This document shows, piece by piece, positions 37,950-46,673 of a DNA stretch of 64,000 bases. The translations under genes and the position numbers were made by a program. This stretch comes from an uncultured Eubacteriales bacterium (GTDB lineage Bacteria > Actinomycetota > Coriobacteriia > Anaerosomatales > CAVRZR01). Within the stretch, counting starts at the first letter, position 1, and every line of letters begins with the position of its first letter. Location of the stretch: NCBI GenBank assembly GCA_964354215.1, contig CAYGYT010000002.1, positions 19,595 through 83,594 on the forward strand, written 5' to 3'. The notes beneath the pieces are model-generated. The model worked only from the letters and a program-made list of their open reading frames with translations, was not told where the DNA came from and made no database searches.

Positions 37950-39829
37950 TGGGATGGCTGCACCTCGCTCCACCGCTGGCCGTTGCGGGATCGTTCGCGC
38001 TTGCGCTCCTGGTCGCCATCGTGGGAAGACGAGCACGGCCGCTCGCACCGCTCCTCGCGCTTCTGGCTCCGCTGTCGGTGCTGGCCGTCGGCGTGGCGTC
38101 CCTCGCGCGCCAGCCGGTGGGTCAAGCGCTCGCCGAAACCACCGGTACGCCGGCCCCGTGGCTCGGGCGCATCGTGTCGAGCGGCGTGTTGCCGTGGTAC
38201 ACGACGGAATCCATGCGCCTGACCGTCGGTTGGACTGTGGACTCCCTCGCCGCCATCATGTTGGTCGTCGTCGGGGTCGTCGCGAGCATGGTCGTGCTCT
38301 TCTCGATCGGCTACATGGCTGGCGACAGAGGCTGGGCCCGCTACTTCGCGCTCCTCGCTCTGTTCACGGGGTCGATGACGCTCCTCGTGATCGCGAGTGA
38401 CTTCACGGGCCTGTTCATCGGCTGGGAACTCGTTGGTGCGTGCTCGTTCCTCCTGATCGGGTTCTGGTTCGAGAAGCCCTCGGCAATGCACGCTGCCACC
38501 AAGGCGTTCCTCACAACACGGGTGGGAGACGCGGGCATGCTGCTTGGTCTCGCTCTCCTGTGGCGGGCGACCGGCTCGCTCGCGTACCGCGAAGTCTTCG
38601 GCGCCCTCGGCGCTCTGCCTGTGGCCGTGCTCACGGCGACAGCGCTGCTACTCTTCGTCGGCGCCGCAGGTAAGTCCGCTCAGTTCCCGCTGCACATCTG
38701 GCTACCGGATGCCATGGAAGGCCCGACGCCCGTCTCCGCCCTCATCCACGCCGCGACCATGGTTGCCGCGGGGGTGTTCCTTGTCGCGCGCACGTGGCCG
38801 CTCTTCGAGGCCGCTGAGACGGCTCGTGCGGTGATCCTCGGCATTGGCGTCATCACGGCGTTTGGTGCGGCGACCATCGCCGTCGCACAGCGCGACATCA
38901 AGAAGGTTCTCGCGTACTCCACGATCAGCCAGCTCGGGTACATGATGAGCGCTCTGGGCGCGGGCGCCCTCGTCGCCGGTATGTTCCACCTGGTAACCCA
39001 CGCAGCGTTCAAGGCGCTCCTCTTCCTCGCCGCCGGGAGTGTTATCCACGGCGCGGGAACACAGGACCTTCGCGACATGGGCGGGCTGAGGCGGTTCATG
39101 CCGTGGACGGCGCTCACGTGGGTCATCGGGGCCGCAGCGCTCGCCGGCGTGCCTCCGCTGGCCGGGTTCTTCAGCAAGGACGCGGTCGTGGCGTCCGTGT
39201 GGGTCGCCAACCCGTTGGCGGGACTCACCCTCACGGCGTCGAGTGCTCTCACGGCGTTCTACGTGGCCCGCGCAACCCGGCTTGCCTTCTTCGGCGACTA
39301 CCGAGGCGACGGACACGCGCACGAGAGTCCGTGGAGCATGCGCGGTCCACTCCTGCTACTCGCGATTCCCGCGGCCGGGCTCGGGTTCGTTGCCACCCGG
39401 TTTGCCGAAGTGCTCGGTCACGAAGCAGAGACCTTCAACGTTCCGCTCCTCGTGGCATCCGTGGTGGTGGCGCTTGTAGGCATCGCTGCCGGTTGGCTCG
39501 TCGAAAGCAGGGGAGCCGCGAGCGATGAGGCGCTCGAGAGCACGCTCGGCGGCGTCTGGAGAGGTGCCGCGCGCGGTTGGGGCGTGGACGCGTTCGTGAA
39601 CCGGTTCGTGGTCCGGCCGTCGGTGGCGACGGCCCGCGTGGCGTACGCGTTCGTCGACAGGTTGCTCATCGACGGTGTCGTCGAAGGAACGGGTGCGCTT
39701 GCGGGCCGGCTCGGGCAGATGTTTGCAGAGCTCCAGAATGGCGACGGCCAGTGGTACGCGACACTCATCGCCGTCGGGGTCGTGCTCATGCTCGTGGCAA
39801 CGATGTGGATGGGGAGGGCGGGGATATGA
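37949..39829 (+). CDS. nuoL: NADH-quinone oxidoreductase subunit L
   Basis: FIGWELVG, GKSAQFPLHIWLPDAMEGPTPVSALIHAATMV, KKVLAYSTISQLG, THAAFKALLFL; long C-terminal helix. Confidence 0.96.
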   Translation: MGWLHLAPPLAVAGSFALALLVAIVGRRARPLAPLLALLAPLSVLAVGVASLARQPVGQALAETTGTPAPWLGRIVSSGVLPWYTTESMRLTVGWTVDSLAAIMLVVVGVVASMVVLFSIGYMAGDRGWARYFALLALFTGSMTLLVIASDFTGLFIGWELVGACSFLLIGFWFEKPSAMHAATKAFLTTRVGDAGMLLGLALLWRATGSLAYREVFGALGALPVAVLTATALLLFVGAAGKSAQFPLHIWLPDAMEGPTPVSALIHAATMVAAGVFLVARTWPLFEAAETARAVILGIGVITAFGAATIAVAQRDIKKVLAYSTISQLGYMMSALGAGALVAGMFHLVTHAAFKALLFLAAGSVIHGAGTQDLRDMGGLRRFMPWTALTWVIGAAALAGVPPLAGFFSKDAVVASVWVANPLAGLTLTASSALTAFYVARATRLAFFGDYRGDGHAHESPWSMRGPLLLLAIPAAGLGFVATRFAEVLGHEAETFNVPLLVASVVVALVGIAAGWLVESRGAASDEALESTLGGVWRGAARGWGVDAFVNRFVVRPSVATARVAYAFVDRLLIDGVVEGTGALAGRLGQMFAELQNGDGQWYATLIAVGVVLMLVATMWMGRAGI

Positions 39830-41265
39830 TCGCCGTCGACCTCCTCGTCCTCGTGCCCTTGGCCGGCGCCGCGATCGCGCTCGTCGGCGGGCGGGCGCGC
39901 CCCACGGTCTGCCGATGGGTGGCGCTCGCTACCTCCGTGGCAACACTGGGCCTTGCTGTCGTCGTTGGCCTTGCCGGAGCGTTCGCAGGGGAGCGTGTTG
40001 CCGGAACGCACGTCGTGACCCTCGGCTTCTGGCGCCTTACCGCCGACGGACTCTCGATGCCACTCGTGGCGCTGACCGCTCTGCTCGGTGTCGCCGCGGT
40101 AAGCGCGTCCTGGCGCATCGACAAGCGACCGAGTACCTACTTCGCGCTGCTGCTGTTCCTGCAAGCGGCAGTGACGGGGGTATTCCTCGCCGAGGACTTG
40201 ATCCTTTTCTACGTCTTCTGGGAACTCGTGCTCATCCCGATGTACTTCCTGATCGGCGGTTGGGGTCACGAGCGACGCAAGCACGCAGCTGCGAAGTTCT
40301 TCATCTACACGTTCCTCGGCAGCGCCCTCATGCTCGTGGGCATTCTCGTAGCCATCTACGCGGCGCGCGCGTGGACGATTCCCGATCTCGTCTACCTCGC
40401 CGCGCGCCAGCCGCAAAGCGCACTCGTGTTCTGGTTGCTCATGGCGGGTTTTCTGGTGAAGGTCCCCGCGTTTCCGTTCCACACGTGGCTGCCCGACGCG
40501 CACGTGGAGGCGCCCACGGCAGGGTCGATCATGCTCGCAGGGGTTCTGCTCAAGATGGGCGGGTACGGCATACTACGCATCGCCATCCCGCTCGCTCCGC
40601 CCGCGTTCGAATCCGCCCGCGGGATACTCTTCGCCATCGGCCTGGTTGGCATCGTCTTCGGCGCCTTCACCGCGCTCGTGCAGACCGATTTGAAGCGTCT
40701 GGTGGCGTACTCGTCGGTCTCGCACATGGGCTTCGTCCTCGTGGCGATCGCAGCAGCGAGCAGCGGCGCCTTCGGCGCTGCCATGCTCGGCATGGTGAGC
40801 CACGGCTTTGTCGCGGGACTCCTCTTCCTGCTCGTCGGCCTCCTGTACGACCGCACGCACACACGCGAACTCCGCCGATTCGGCGGCCTCGGCTCTGTGA
40901 TACCGGCGTGGTCGGTCGCCTTCGTGTTCGCGTCGCTCGCGAGCCTGGGCCTCCCAGGTCTCTCGGGCTTCCCGGGTGAGTTCGCGAGCGTGCTCGAAGG
41001 GTTCCGATCGTTCGGCTGGTGGATTGTCGTCGCCACCTTCGGCGTCGTCTTCGCAGCGGCGTACACGCTCCGCGCAGTCCGAGGATCGGTCCAGGGGCCG
41101 GTCGGCGAGTTCGATGCGCTTTCCGATCTTGCCACTCGTGAAGCCGTGACCGTCGGCGCCTTCGGCCTGGCCATCCTGGCGCTCGGCGTTTGGCCCAACA
41201 GCGTGCTTCTGATGGTGGACCCGGCTCTCCGCTCCCTTGCCGCGCTCGTAGGGACGGGGAGCTAG
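39826..41265 (+). CDS. nuoM: NADH-quinone oxidoreductase subunit M
   Basis: FYVFWEL, VKVPAFPFHTWLPDAHVEAPT, LLKMGGYG, KRLVAYSSVSHMG, LGLPGLSGFPGE. Confidence 0.96.
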   Translation: MIAVDLLVLVPLAGAAIALVGGRARPTVCRWVALATSVATLGLAVVVGLAGAFAGERVAGTHVVTLGFWRLTADGLSMPLVALTALLGVAAVSASWRIDKRPSTYFALLLFLQAAVTGVFLAEDLILFYVFWELVLIPMYFLIGGWGHERRKHAAAKFFIYTFLGSALMLVGILVAIYAARAWTIPDLVYLAARQPQSALVFWLLMAGFLVKVPAFPFHTWLPDAHVEAPTAGSIMLAGVLLKMGGYGILRIAIPLAPPAFESARGILFAIGLVGIVFGAFTALVQTDLKRLVAYSSVSHMGFVLVAIAAASSGAFGAAMLGMVSHGFVAGLLFLLVGLLYDRTHTRELRRFGGLGSVIPAWSVAFVFASLASLGLPGLSGFPGEFASVLEGFRSFGWWIVVATFGVVFAAAYTLRAVRGSVQGPVGEFDALSDLATREAVTVGAFGLAILALGVWPNSVLLMVDPALRSLAALVGTGS

Positions 41266-41268
41266 CCG

Positions 41269-42765
41269 ATGACGCCCGAGATCGCCTTTGCGACCCCTCT
41301 CGCGCTCGCGCTTGTCGGCGCGGTCCTGGCGCTTGCTGCCGACGCCCTCGACAGGGAGCGCATGGCGGCTCTGACCTCCACGGCGCTTCTTCTCGTGGCT
41401 GCCGCGGTCGCTGTGGTCGCATCTGCCACCGTGACTCCCGAGACCGTCTGGACGGTCTTTGCCGTCGGCGCCGGCTTCTCAATGGCCACGGGCGTCGTGA
41501 TGTTGTTCGGAGCCCTCGGTGTGCTAGCGAGTCTGTCAGCGCCTCGAGAAGGCAGCACGGCTCTCGCCGGGCTCGTCGCACTGTCGGCTGCCGCACTCGC
41601 AACACTCGCTTCCTCGACGGACATCGTCGTCATGCTCCTGGCGCTCGAGACCGCCGCCCTGAGCGCGTATGCGCTCATAGCGCTCGCGCGCACGCCACGT
41701 GCTCATGAGGCGGCGATGAAGTACTTTGTCCAGGGCTCGATCGCGACCGCGCTCTTCGTGTTGGGGCTCGCCGCCGCCCTCCTCGCCGGGGTGTTCGTGC
41801 TCGCCGACGGGAGATTCGGTGTTGCTGATAGTGGAGTCAACCTGTCGGCTGCCACCACAGCAGTGGCGCTGCTGCTGGCCGCGTTCGCGTTCAAGCTCGG
41901 CGCGTTTCCCTTCCACGCATGGGCGCCTGACGCCTACGAGACGGCACCCCCCGAAGTCGCCGCCTTCCTTGCTTCGGCAGTCAAGGTAGGGGCGCTCGTA
42001 GCCACCTACACGCTGTTAACGTCCGTGATCGCCAACCCCGACCTGATCGCTCGCACGCAGTGGCTCGTCGCCGGCATCGCTGCGGCCTCCGTCGTGTTCG
42101 GCAATCTCGCCGCCCTCGCTCAGCGTTCGTACGCTCGGCTCCTCGCATACTCGGGTATCGCCCAAGTGGGCTACGGCCTGACCGCCATCGTGACCGGGAA
42201 CGGGAACGCGGCACTGCTCTTCGCGACCGCCTACGGCTGTGCCGCGGCCGGCGCGTTCGCGGCAGCTCGTGCCTACGAGCGCGTCCGGCCGGAGTGGGAT
42301 GGATCCATCGCCGGCATGGCGGGCCTTAGCCGTCGCGCGCCCGTCGTCTCGGCCGCTCTGGCCGTGCTCCTCTTCTCGCTTACCGGCATCCCGCCGCTGC
42401 TCGGCTTCTGGGGGAAGTTCCTCGTTTTCCTTTCGGCCGCCGCCAGTCCGGAGTGGCTCTGGCTGGTCGTCGTCGGCTTGCTCGGGTCGGTCGTCTCGTT
42501 TGGCTACTACGGGCGCATTCTCAGGACGCTCTACTTCGATGAACCGTCCGAGGCTGCGATCGAAGATCTCGAGGAGCAAACGGGCTTCCCAGTTGCCGAT
42601 GAAGCAGCATCGGCGCCACGGGGGCTGGACCCGGCCGGGTGGGTGGTGGTCGCGCTTGCGCTCATCGTCATCCTCTTGGGATTGGCGCCACTCGCGGCAG
42701 GACTCGCGCGATACGTGGGGATCGACCCGGTCGGGCTCTTCACTCTCGGCCCCTTCGGCGGATAG
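41269..42765 (+). CDS. nuoN: NADH-quinone oxidoreductase subunit N
   Basis: EAAMKYF, FKLGAFPFHAWAPDAYE, RLLAYSGIAQVGY, GIPPLLGFWGK, YYGRI. Confidence 0.95.
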   Translation: MTPEIAFATPLALALVGAVLALAADALDRERMAALTSTALLLVAAAVAVVASATVTPETVWTVFAVGAGFSMATGVVMLFGALGVLASLSAPREGSTALAGLVALSAAALATLASSTDIVVMLLALETAALSAYALIALARTPRAHEAAMKYFVQGSIATALFVLGLAAALLAGVFVLADGRFGVADSGVNLSAATTAVALLLAAFAFKLGAFPFHAWAPDAYETAPPEVAAFLASAVKVGALVATYTLLTSVIANPDLIARTQWLVAGIAAASVVFGNLAALAQRSYARLLAYSGIAQVGYGLTAIVTGNGNAALLFATAYGCAAAGAFAAARAYERVRPEWDGSIAGMAGLSRRAPVVSAALAVLLFSLTGIPPLLGFWGKFLVFLSAAASPEWLWLVVVGLLGSVVSFGYYGRILRTLYFDEPSEAAIEDLEEQTGFPVADEAASAPRGLDPAGWVVVALALIVILLGLAPLAAGLARYVGIDPVGLFTLGPFGG

Positions 42766-43052
42766 GGCGCCCCGCCTCCTCAGTTGCAGCTTGCTCACGA
42801 ACCATTGACGGCTCATGAACACCCTCAGCCACCCTTGCGTCTGCTATCGGGCAGCGCTATGCTCCCGACAGGAAGTTGCATGCAAATGCAACCCCTTACC
42901 CCTGAGCCTCAAGGTGCCGGCCTTGGGGCTCCCCCTTTTCCCAGGCCCCTTCTCGGGCGCCTCCTCAGACACACCCAGGACTTGTCCCTCCCACTCTCCT
43001 GTCCCGTGTGAGCGCGGACACACTGCCTGCGCAGTGCTTCCGGGGAGCTCCG

Positions 43053-43080
43053 TAAAGAGGCCGGAGCGCACTGCCGATAC
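43053..43080 (+). promoter_or_regulatory. Sigma-28 (FliA/SigD/WhiG)-type promoter TAAA-N16-GCCGATAC
   Basis: TAAA 43053-43056 and GCCGATAC 43073-43080; ATG follows 7 nt later with no SD. Confidence 0.75.
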
Positions 43081-43087
43081 GTCTCAC

Positions 43088-43348
43088 ATGAAGCTCTCCG
43101 CCGAGCAGGCGCAACGCGCACTCGACTACCTGCAACGGAAAGGCCCGCCCACGGTGGAACCTACTACCTTGTCTCGCGAAGTCTCTGACGAGCTCATGAA
43201 GCGCGTTCTCACTCGCATCGCACACAGTCCAGACCCTCGTCCCGGACGGGTAGCCGACGCGATCGGTTCCCTCGACGGTCGACTCCCCAGTTCCGACGAC
43301 GTCGCCGAGCGCATACTCTGGCGCGAGCTAGCAGACTCGATTCGCTAG
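43088..43348 (+). CDS. Small protein resembling FlgM anti-sigma-28 factor (86 aa)
   Basis: C-terminal PDPRPGRVADAIGSL..PSSDDVAERIL resembles the FlgM pattern D-x-R-xx-(K/R)V...(I/V)AE(K/R)(I/M); lacks the GxY of proteobacterial FlgM; preceded by a sigma-28 promoter. Confidence 0.55.
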   Translation: MKLSAEQAQRALDYLQRKGPPTVEPTTLSREVSDELMKRVLTRIAHSPDPRPGRVADAIGSLDGRLPSSDDVAERILWRELADSIR

Positions 43349-43482
43349 GACCGGATGCCACCCGTCACGCGACCGGTGGCAGTAACTCGCTCGTCAACGG
43401 ATAATGCGGCCAGTGCCGCACGCGAGATGAGCGAGAGGGGTCGATCCGCCTGAGCCAGCTGCGCCCGCTCATCACCATCGGC

Positions 43483-43728
43483 ATGAATGTGCTCGTCATC
43501 ATCGCCGTGCTGCTGACCCTACGCATCGTTGCTCGCTACTTCGGGATGCTCTCGAGTTCCGGCCCGGGCGAGCTGCTCGTCTCAGCCTCAAGCGTCTTCG
43601 TGCTTCCGCTCGCATTGACCGACATCCGCTCGCTGTATGGCGGCGTCTTCGACGTCAATGCATCAGTGACCGTGATGATCGTGCTGCTCGCCGAGTGGCT
43701 GCTGAGCGCCCTGCGCGCACGAGTCTGA
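43483..43728 (+). CDS. Small YggT-like membrane protein
   Basis: Two to three hydrophobic helices; LLTLRIV and GGVFD..ASVTV patterns; start may lie further upstream. Confidence 0.55.
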   Translation: MNVLVIIAVLLTLRIVARYFGMLSSSGPGELLVSASSVFVLPLALTDIRSLYGGVFDVNASVTVMIVLLAEWLLSALRARV

Positions 43729-43739
43729 GAGGGGATGGC

Positions 43740-45422
43740 ATGTCGATACCAGATGGCAGTATTTGGCAGAAGCGACTAGGTGAGGTCCTCGTTGCCTCTG
43801 GCGTCATCTCCGATGAACAGCTGACAAGAGCCTTGGACCACCAGGTGGCTCGGGGAGGCAAGCTCGGCGAGATCCTCGTTCGGGATCTCGTCCTCACCGA
43901 GGACGAGATCGCCCAAGCCCTTGCCCAGCAGAAGGGTCTGCAGCTGGTGAATCTTGCAGTGTTCCCTGTCGACAGGACCGCTGCGAGCCTGATCCCGGAA
44001 CGACTGGCGCGCCGACGGCTGGTCATCGGCATCGGATTCGAGGACACGGGCCTACTGCTCGCGATGGCAGATCCGCTTGACATAGAAACCGTCGACGACG
44101 TGAGACTCACGACCGGCATGAAGGTGATCCCCGTCGTGGGAACGCCGAGCCAGATCGTCTATGCGATAGACAAGTTCATAACGTCGGCGGATGCCTTCCA
44201 GGAGCTCGCTTCCGAGACGTCCGATCTTGAACTCGAGTCGATTCCCGATGACATCCGGGGCGAGGACGTGCCGGTCGTCAGGATTGTCAACCAGATCATC
44301 CGGGAAGCGATCGCCGAGGGCGCGAGCGACATCCATCTCGAACCCGACGAAGATGGCGTCCGCGTGCGCTACCGGATCGACGGCGTACTCACCGACTTCG
44401 CGAGACTCCCGCGCTCGGCCAAGGCCGGCTCGCTCTCGCGGCTCAAGATCATGGCCGATATGGACATCGCTGAGCGGCGGCGCCCACAAGACGGGCGCCT
44501 CGCCATCGGCATCGAAAACCGCCAGGTGGATCTGCGCGTCGCAACGTTGCCGACTCCCTACGGCGAGAGCATCGTCATCCGAATTCTCGATTCCGAGCTC
44601 TCGTTCAGGTCCCTCACGGAGCTCGGCCTGGGGGAGCGTCAGCTCGACATGTTCAGACGATTCATCGCTCGGCCCTACGGCGCGATTCTGATCGCGGGCC
44701 CAACGGGAGCCGGCAAGACGACGACACTGTATGCAGCACTCATGGAAGTGAACTCGCCATCGCGGAAGATCATCACCGTCGAAGATCCCATCGAGTATCG
44801 GATGGACGGCGTTACGCAGGTAGCGGTGAACCCGAAGATCGGCCTCACGTTCGCATCGGGCCTACGTACGATCCTCAGATCCGATCCGGATGTCGTCATG
44901 ATCGGGGAGATGCGCGACCCAGAGACAGCCGAGATCGCCATCCGAGGCGCACTCACCGGACACCTTGTCCTTACGTCGCTTCACACGAACAACGCTCCAG
45001 CGTCTCTCACGCGCCTCTCCGACATGGGGGTGCCGCCCTACATCACGTCCTCGTCCGTGATAGGGGTGGTCGCTCAGCGCCTCGTGCGCAAGCTGTGTCC
45101 GGCGTGCAAGGAGCCCGTCAACGCAGCGCCGGAGACGCTCCTGTCCATCGGATTCCCGCCAGATGAACTTGACGGACTCACGATCTTCGGCCCGGTGGGA
45201 TGCGACCGCTGTTCGAAGACCGGGTACCGTGGTCGCATCGGCGTATTCGAGGTGATGGAGGTCACCGATTCGGTGGTGCGCGCCTACCTCGCCTGCGCGC
45301 CGGTGCACGAGCTGCGCGCGCTCGCAGTTGAAGCGGGCATGCTCACCATGGGACGCGACGCGCTCGACAAGGTAGCTGCTGGCGAAACGAGCCTCGAAGA
45401 GACGGCGAGGGCGGTCGTCTGA
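43740..45422 (+). CDS. pilB: PilB/GspE/MshE-family assembly ATPase with N-terminal MshEN domain
   Basis: RLGEVLVASGVISDEQLTRALDHQ; ASDIHLEP; MDIAERRRPQDGR; GPTGAGKTTT; TVEDPIEY; LRSDPDVVMIGEMRD; TGHLVLTSLH; CPAC/CDRC Zn motif. Confidence 0.9.
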   Translation: MSIPDGSIWQKRLGEVLVASGVISDEQLTRALDHQVARGGKLGEILVRDLVLTEDEIAQALAQQKGLQLVNLAVFPVDRTAASLIPERLARRRLVIGIGFEDTGLLLAMADPLDIETVDDVRLTTGMKVIPVVGTPSQIVYAIDKFITSADAFQELASETSDLELESIPDDIRGEDVPVVRIVNQIIREAIAEGASDIHLEPDEDGVRVRYRIDGVLTDFARLPRSAKAGSLSRLKIMADMDIAERRRPQDGRLAIGIENRQVDLRVATLPTPYGESIVIRILDSELSFRSLTELGLGERQLDMFRRFIARPYGAILIAGPTGAGKTTTLYAALMEVNSPSRKIITVEDPIEYRMDGVTQVAVNPKIGLTFASGLRTILRSDPDVVMIGEMRDPETAEIAIRGALTGHLVLTSLHTNNAPASLTRLSDMGVPPYITSSSVIGVVAQRLVRKLCPACKEPVNAAPETLLSIGFPPDELDGLTIFGPVGCDRCSKTGYRGRIGVFEVMEVTDSVVRAYLACAPVHELRALAVEAGMLTMGRDALDKVAAGETSLEETARAVV

Positions 45423-46621
45423 TGACGCGCACGGAGCCCAGAGCCGTCGTCCTCGTCCTTGACAGCGTTGGGGCAGGCGCACTTCCTGATGCGGCTGACT
45501 ACGGGGATGAGGGGTCGAACACGCTTTCCAACACCGCGGCTGCGGTGAGTGGTCTCGACATGCCGAACCTCGGATCGATGGGGCTGGGAAACGTCACGGA
45601 CATCCTCGGGGTGCCGCCCTCCGAGACACCCACCGCCAGCTGGGGCCGGTGCGCTGAGGCGTCGGCCGGCAAGGACACGACGACCGGTCACTGGGAGATG
45701 ATGGGCCTGCACCTCACGCGGGCGTTTCCGACGTATCCGAACGGTTTTCCGTCCGTGGTCATGGCCGCATTCGAGCGCGAGACAGGGTTTGGGTGGCTCG
45801 GCAACTACGCGGCGAGCGGCACCGCCATCATCCAGGAACTCGGCGACGAGCACGTGGCGACGGGCAAACCCATCGTCTACACGAGTGCGGACTCGGTCTT
45901 TCAGGTGGCCGCTCACGAAGACGTGATTCCCGTGGAGGAGCTGTATCGCATCTGCGCCATCGCCCGGGAGCGCGTCATGGTGGACGAACACGCCGTGGGG
46001 CGGATCATCGCTCGGCCATTCGTCGGTCCCGACGACGAGGGGCTCTACGTGCGCACGCACAGGCGTCGGGATTTCGCGCTCTGCCCCTCGGAACCCACAG
46101 TGCTCGATCGCCTCGGCGAGGCGGGTATTCTGTCGTACGGCATAGGCAAGATCGGCGAGATCTTCGCCTGGCAAGGCATCTGTGAATCGCCCCACGTGAC
46201 GGACAACATGGACGGGTTCGACAAGCTCGTGACTCGCGTCGCAGGCGCTGAACCCGGATTCGTCTTCGCGAACCTCGTCGACTTCGACATGATCTGGGGA
46301 CATCGCAATGACGCGGAGGGCTACGCCAAAGGGCTTGAGGCCGTTGACCGGCGCATACCGGAGCTGCTCGACGCCATGCTCGACGGCGATCTGCTTGTGA
46401 TAACGGCCGACCACGGGTGTGACCCCACGACGGCGTCCACCGACCACTCCCGCGAGCATACGCCTCTCATCGCGAAGCTGAAGGGCGTCGATGCCGGTGT
46501 GGCGCTTGGTACGCGAGCCACGTTCTCGGACATCGGCGAGACGGTTCTCGACTTCTACGGCATCGCAGGACGCTGCGAACGGGGTACGAGCTTCCTGGCG
46601 GAGGTTCGAGACGCCGGTTGA
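45422..46621 (+). CDS. deoB: Phosphopentomutase
   Basis: LVLDSVGAG, SAGKDTTTGHWEM, YTSADSVFQ, RIIARPF, NLVDFDMIWGHRND, TADHGCDP, TDHSRE. Confidence 0.97.
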   Translation: MTRTEPRAVVLVLDSVGAGALPDAADYGDEGSNTLSNTAAAVSGLDMPNLGSMGLGNVTDILGVPPSETPTASWGRCAEASAGKDTTTGHWEMMGLHLTRAFPTYPNGFPSVVMAAFERETGFGWLGNYAASGTAIIQELGDEHVATGKPIVYTSADSVFQVAAHEDVIPVEELYRICAIARERVMVDEHAVGRIIARPFVGPDDEGLYVRTHRRRDFALCPSEPTVLDRLGEAGILSYGIGKIGEIFAWQGICESPHVTDNMDGFDKLVTRVAGAEPGFVFANLVDFDMIWGHRNDAEGYAKGLEAVDRRIPELLDAMLDGDLLVITADHGCDPTTASTDHSREHTPLIAKLKGVDAGVALGTRATFSDIGETVLDFYGIAGRCERGTSFLAEVRDAG

Positions 46622-46673
46622 ACCTCCTGACCGATCGATGTCTCGGCGGGACCGGGCCAGACAGGGGGCGAGC

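Noticed and set aside
42862-42882. Sigma-54 promoter (CGACAGGAAGTTGCA)
   Set aside because: The invariant -24 GG reads CG; the TTGCA is better explained as half of the palindrome.
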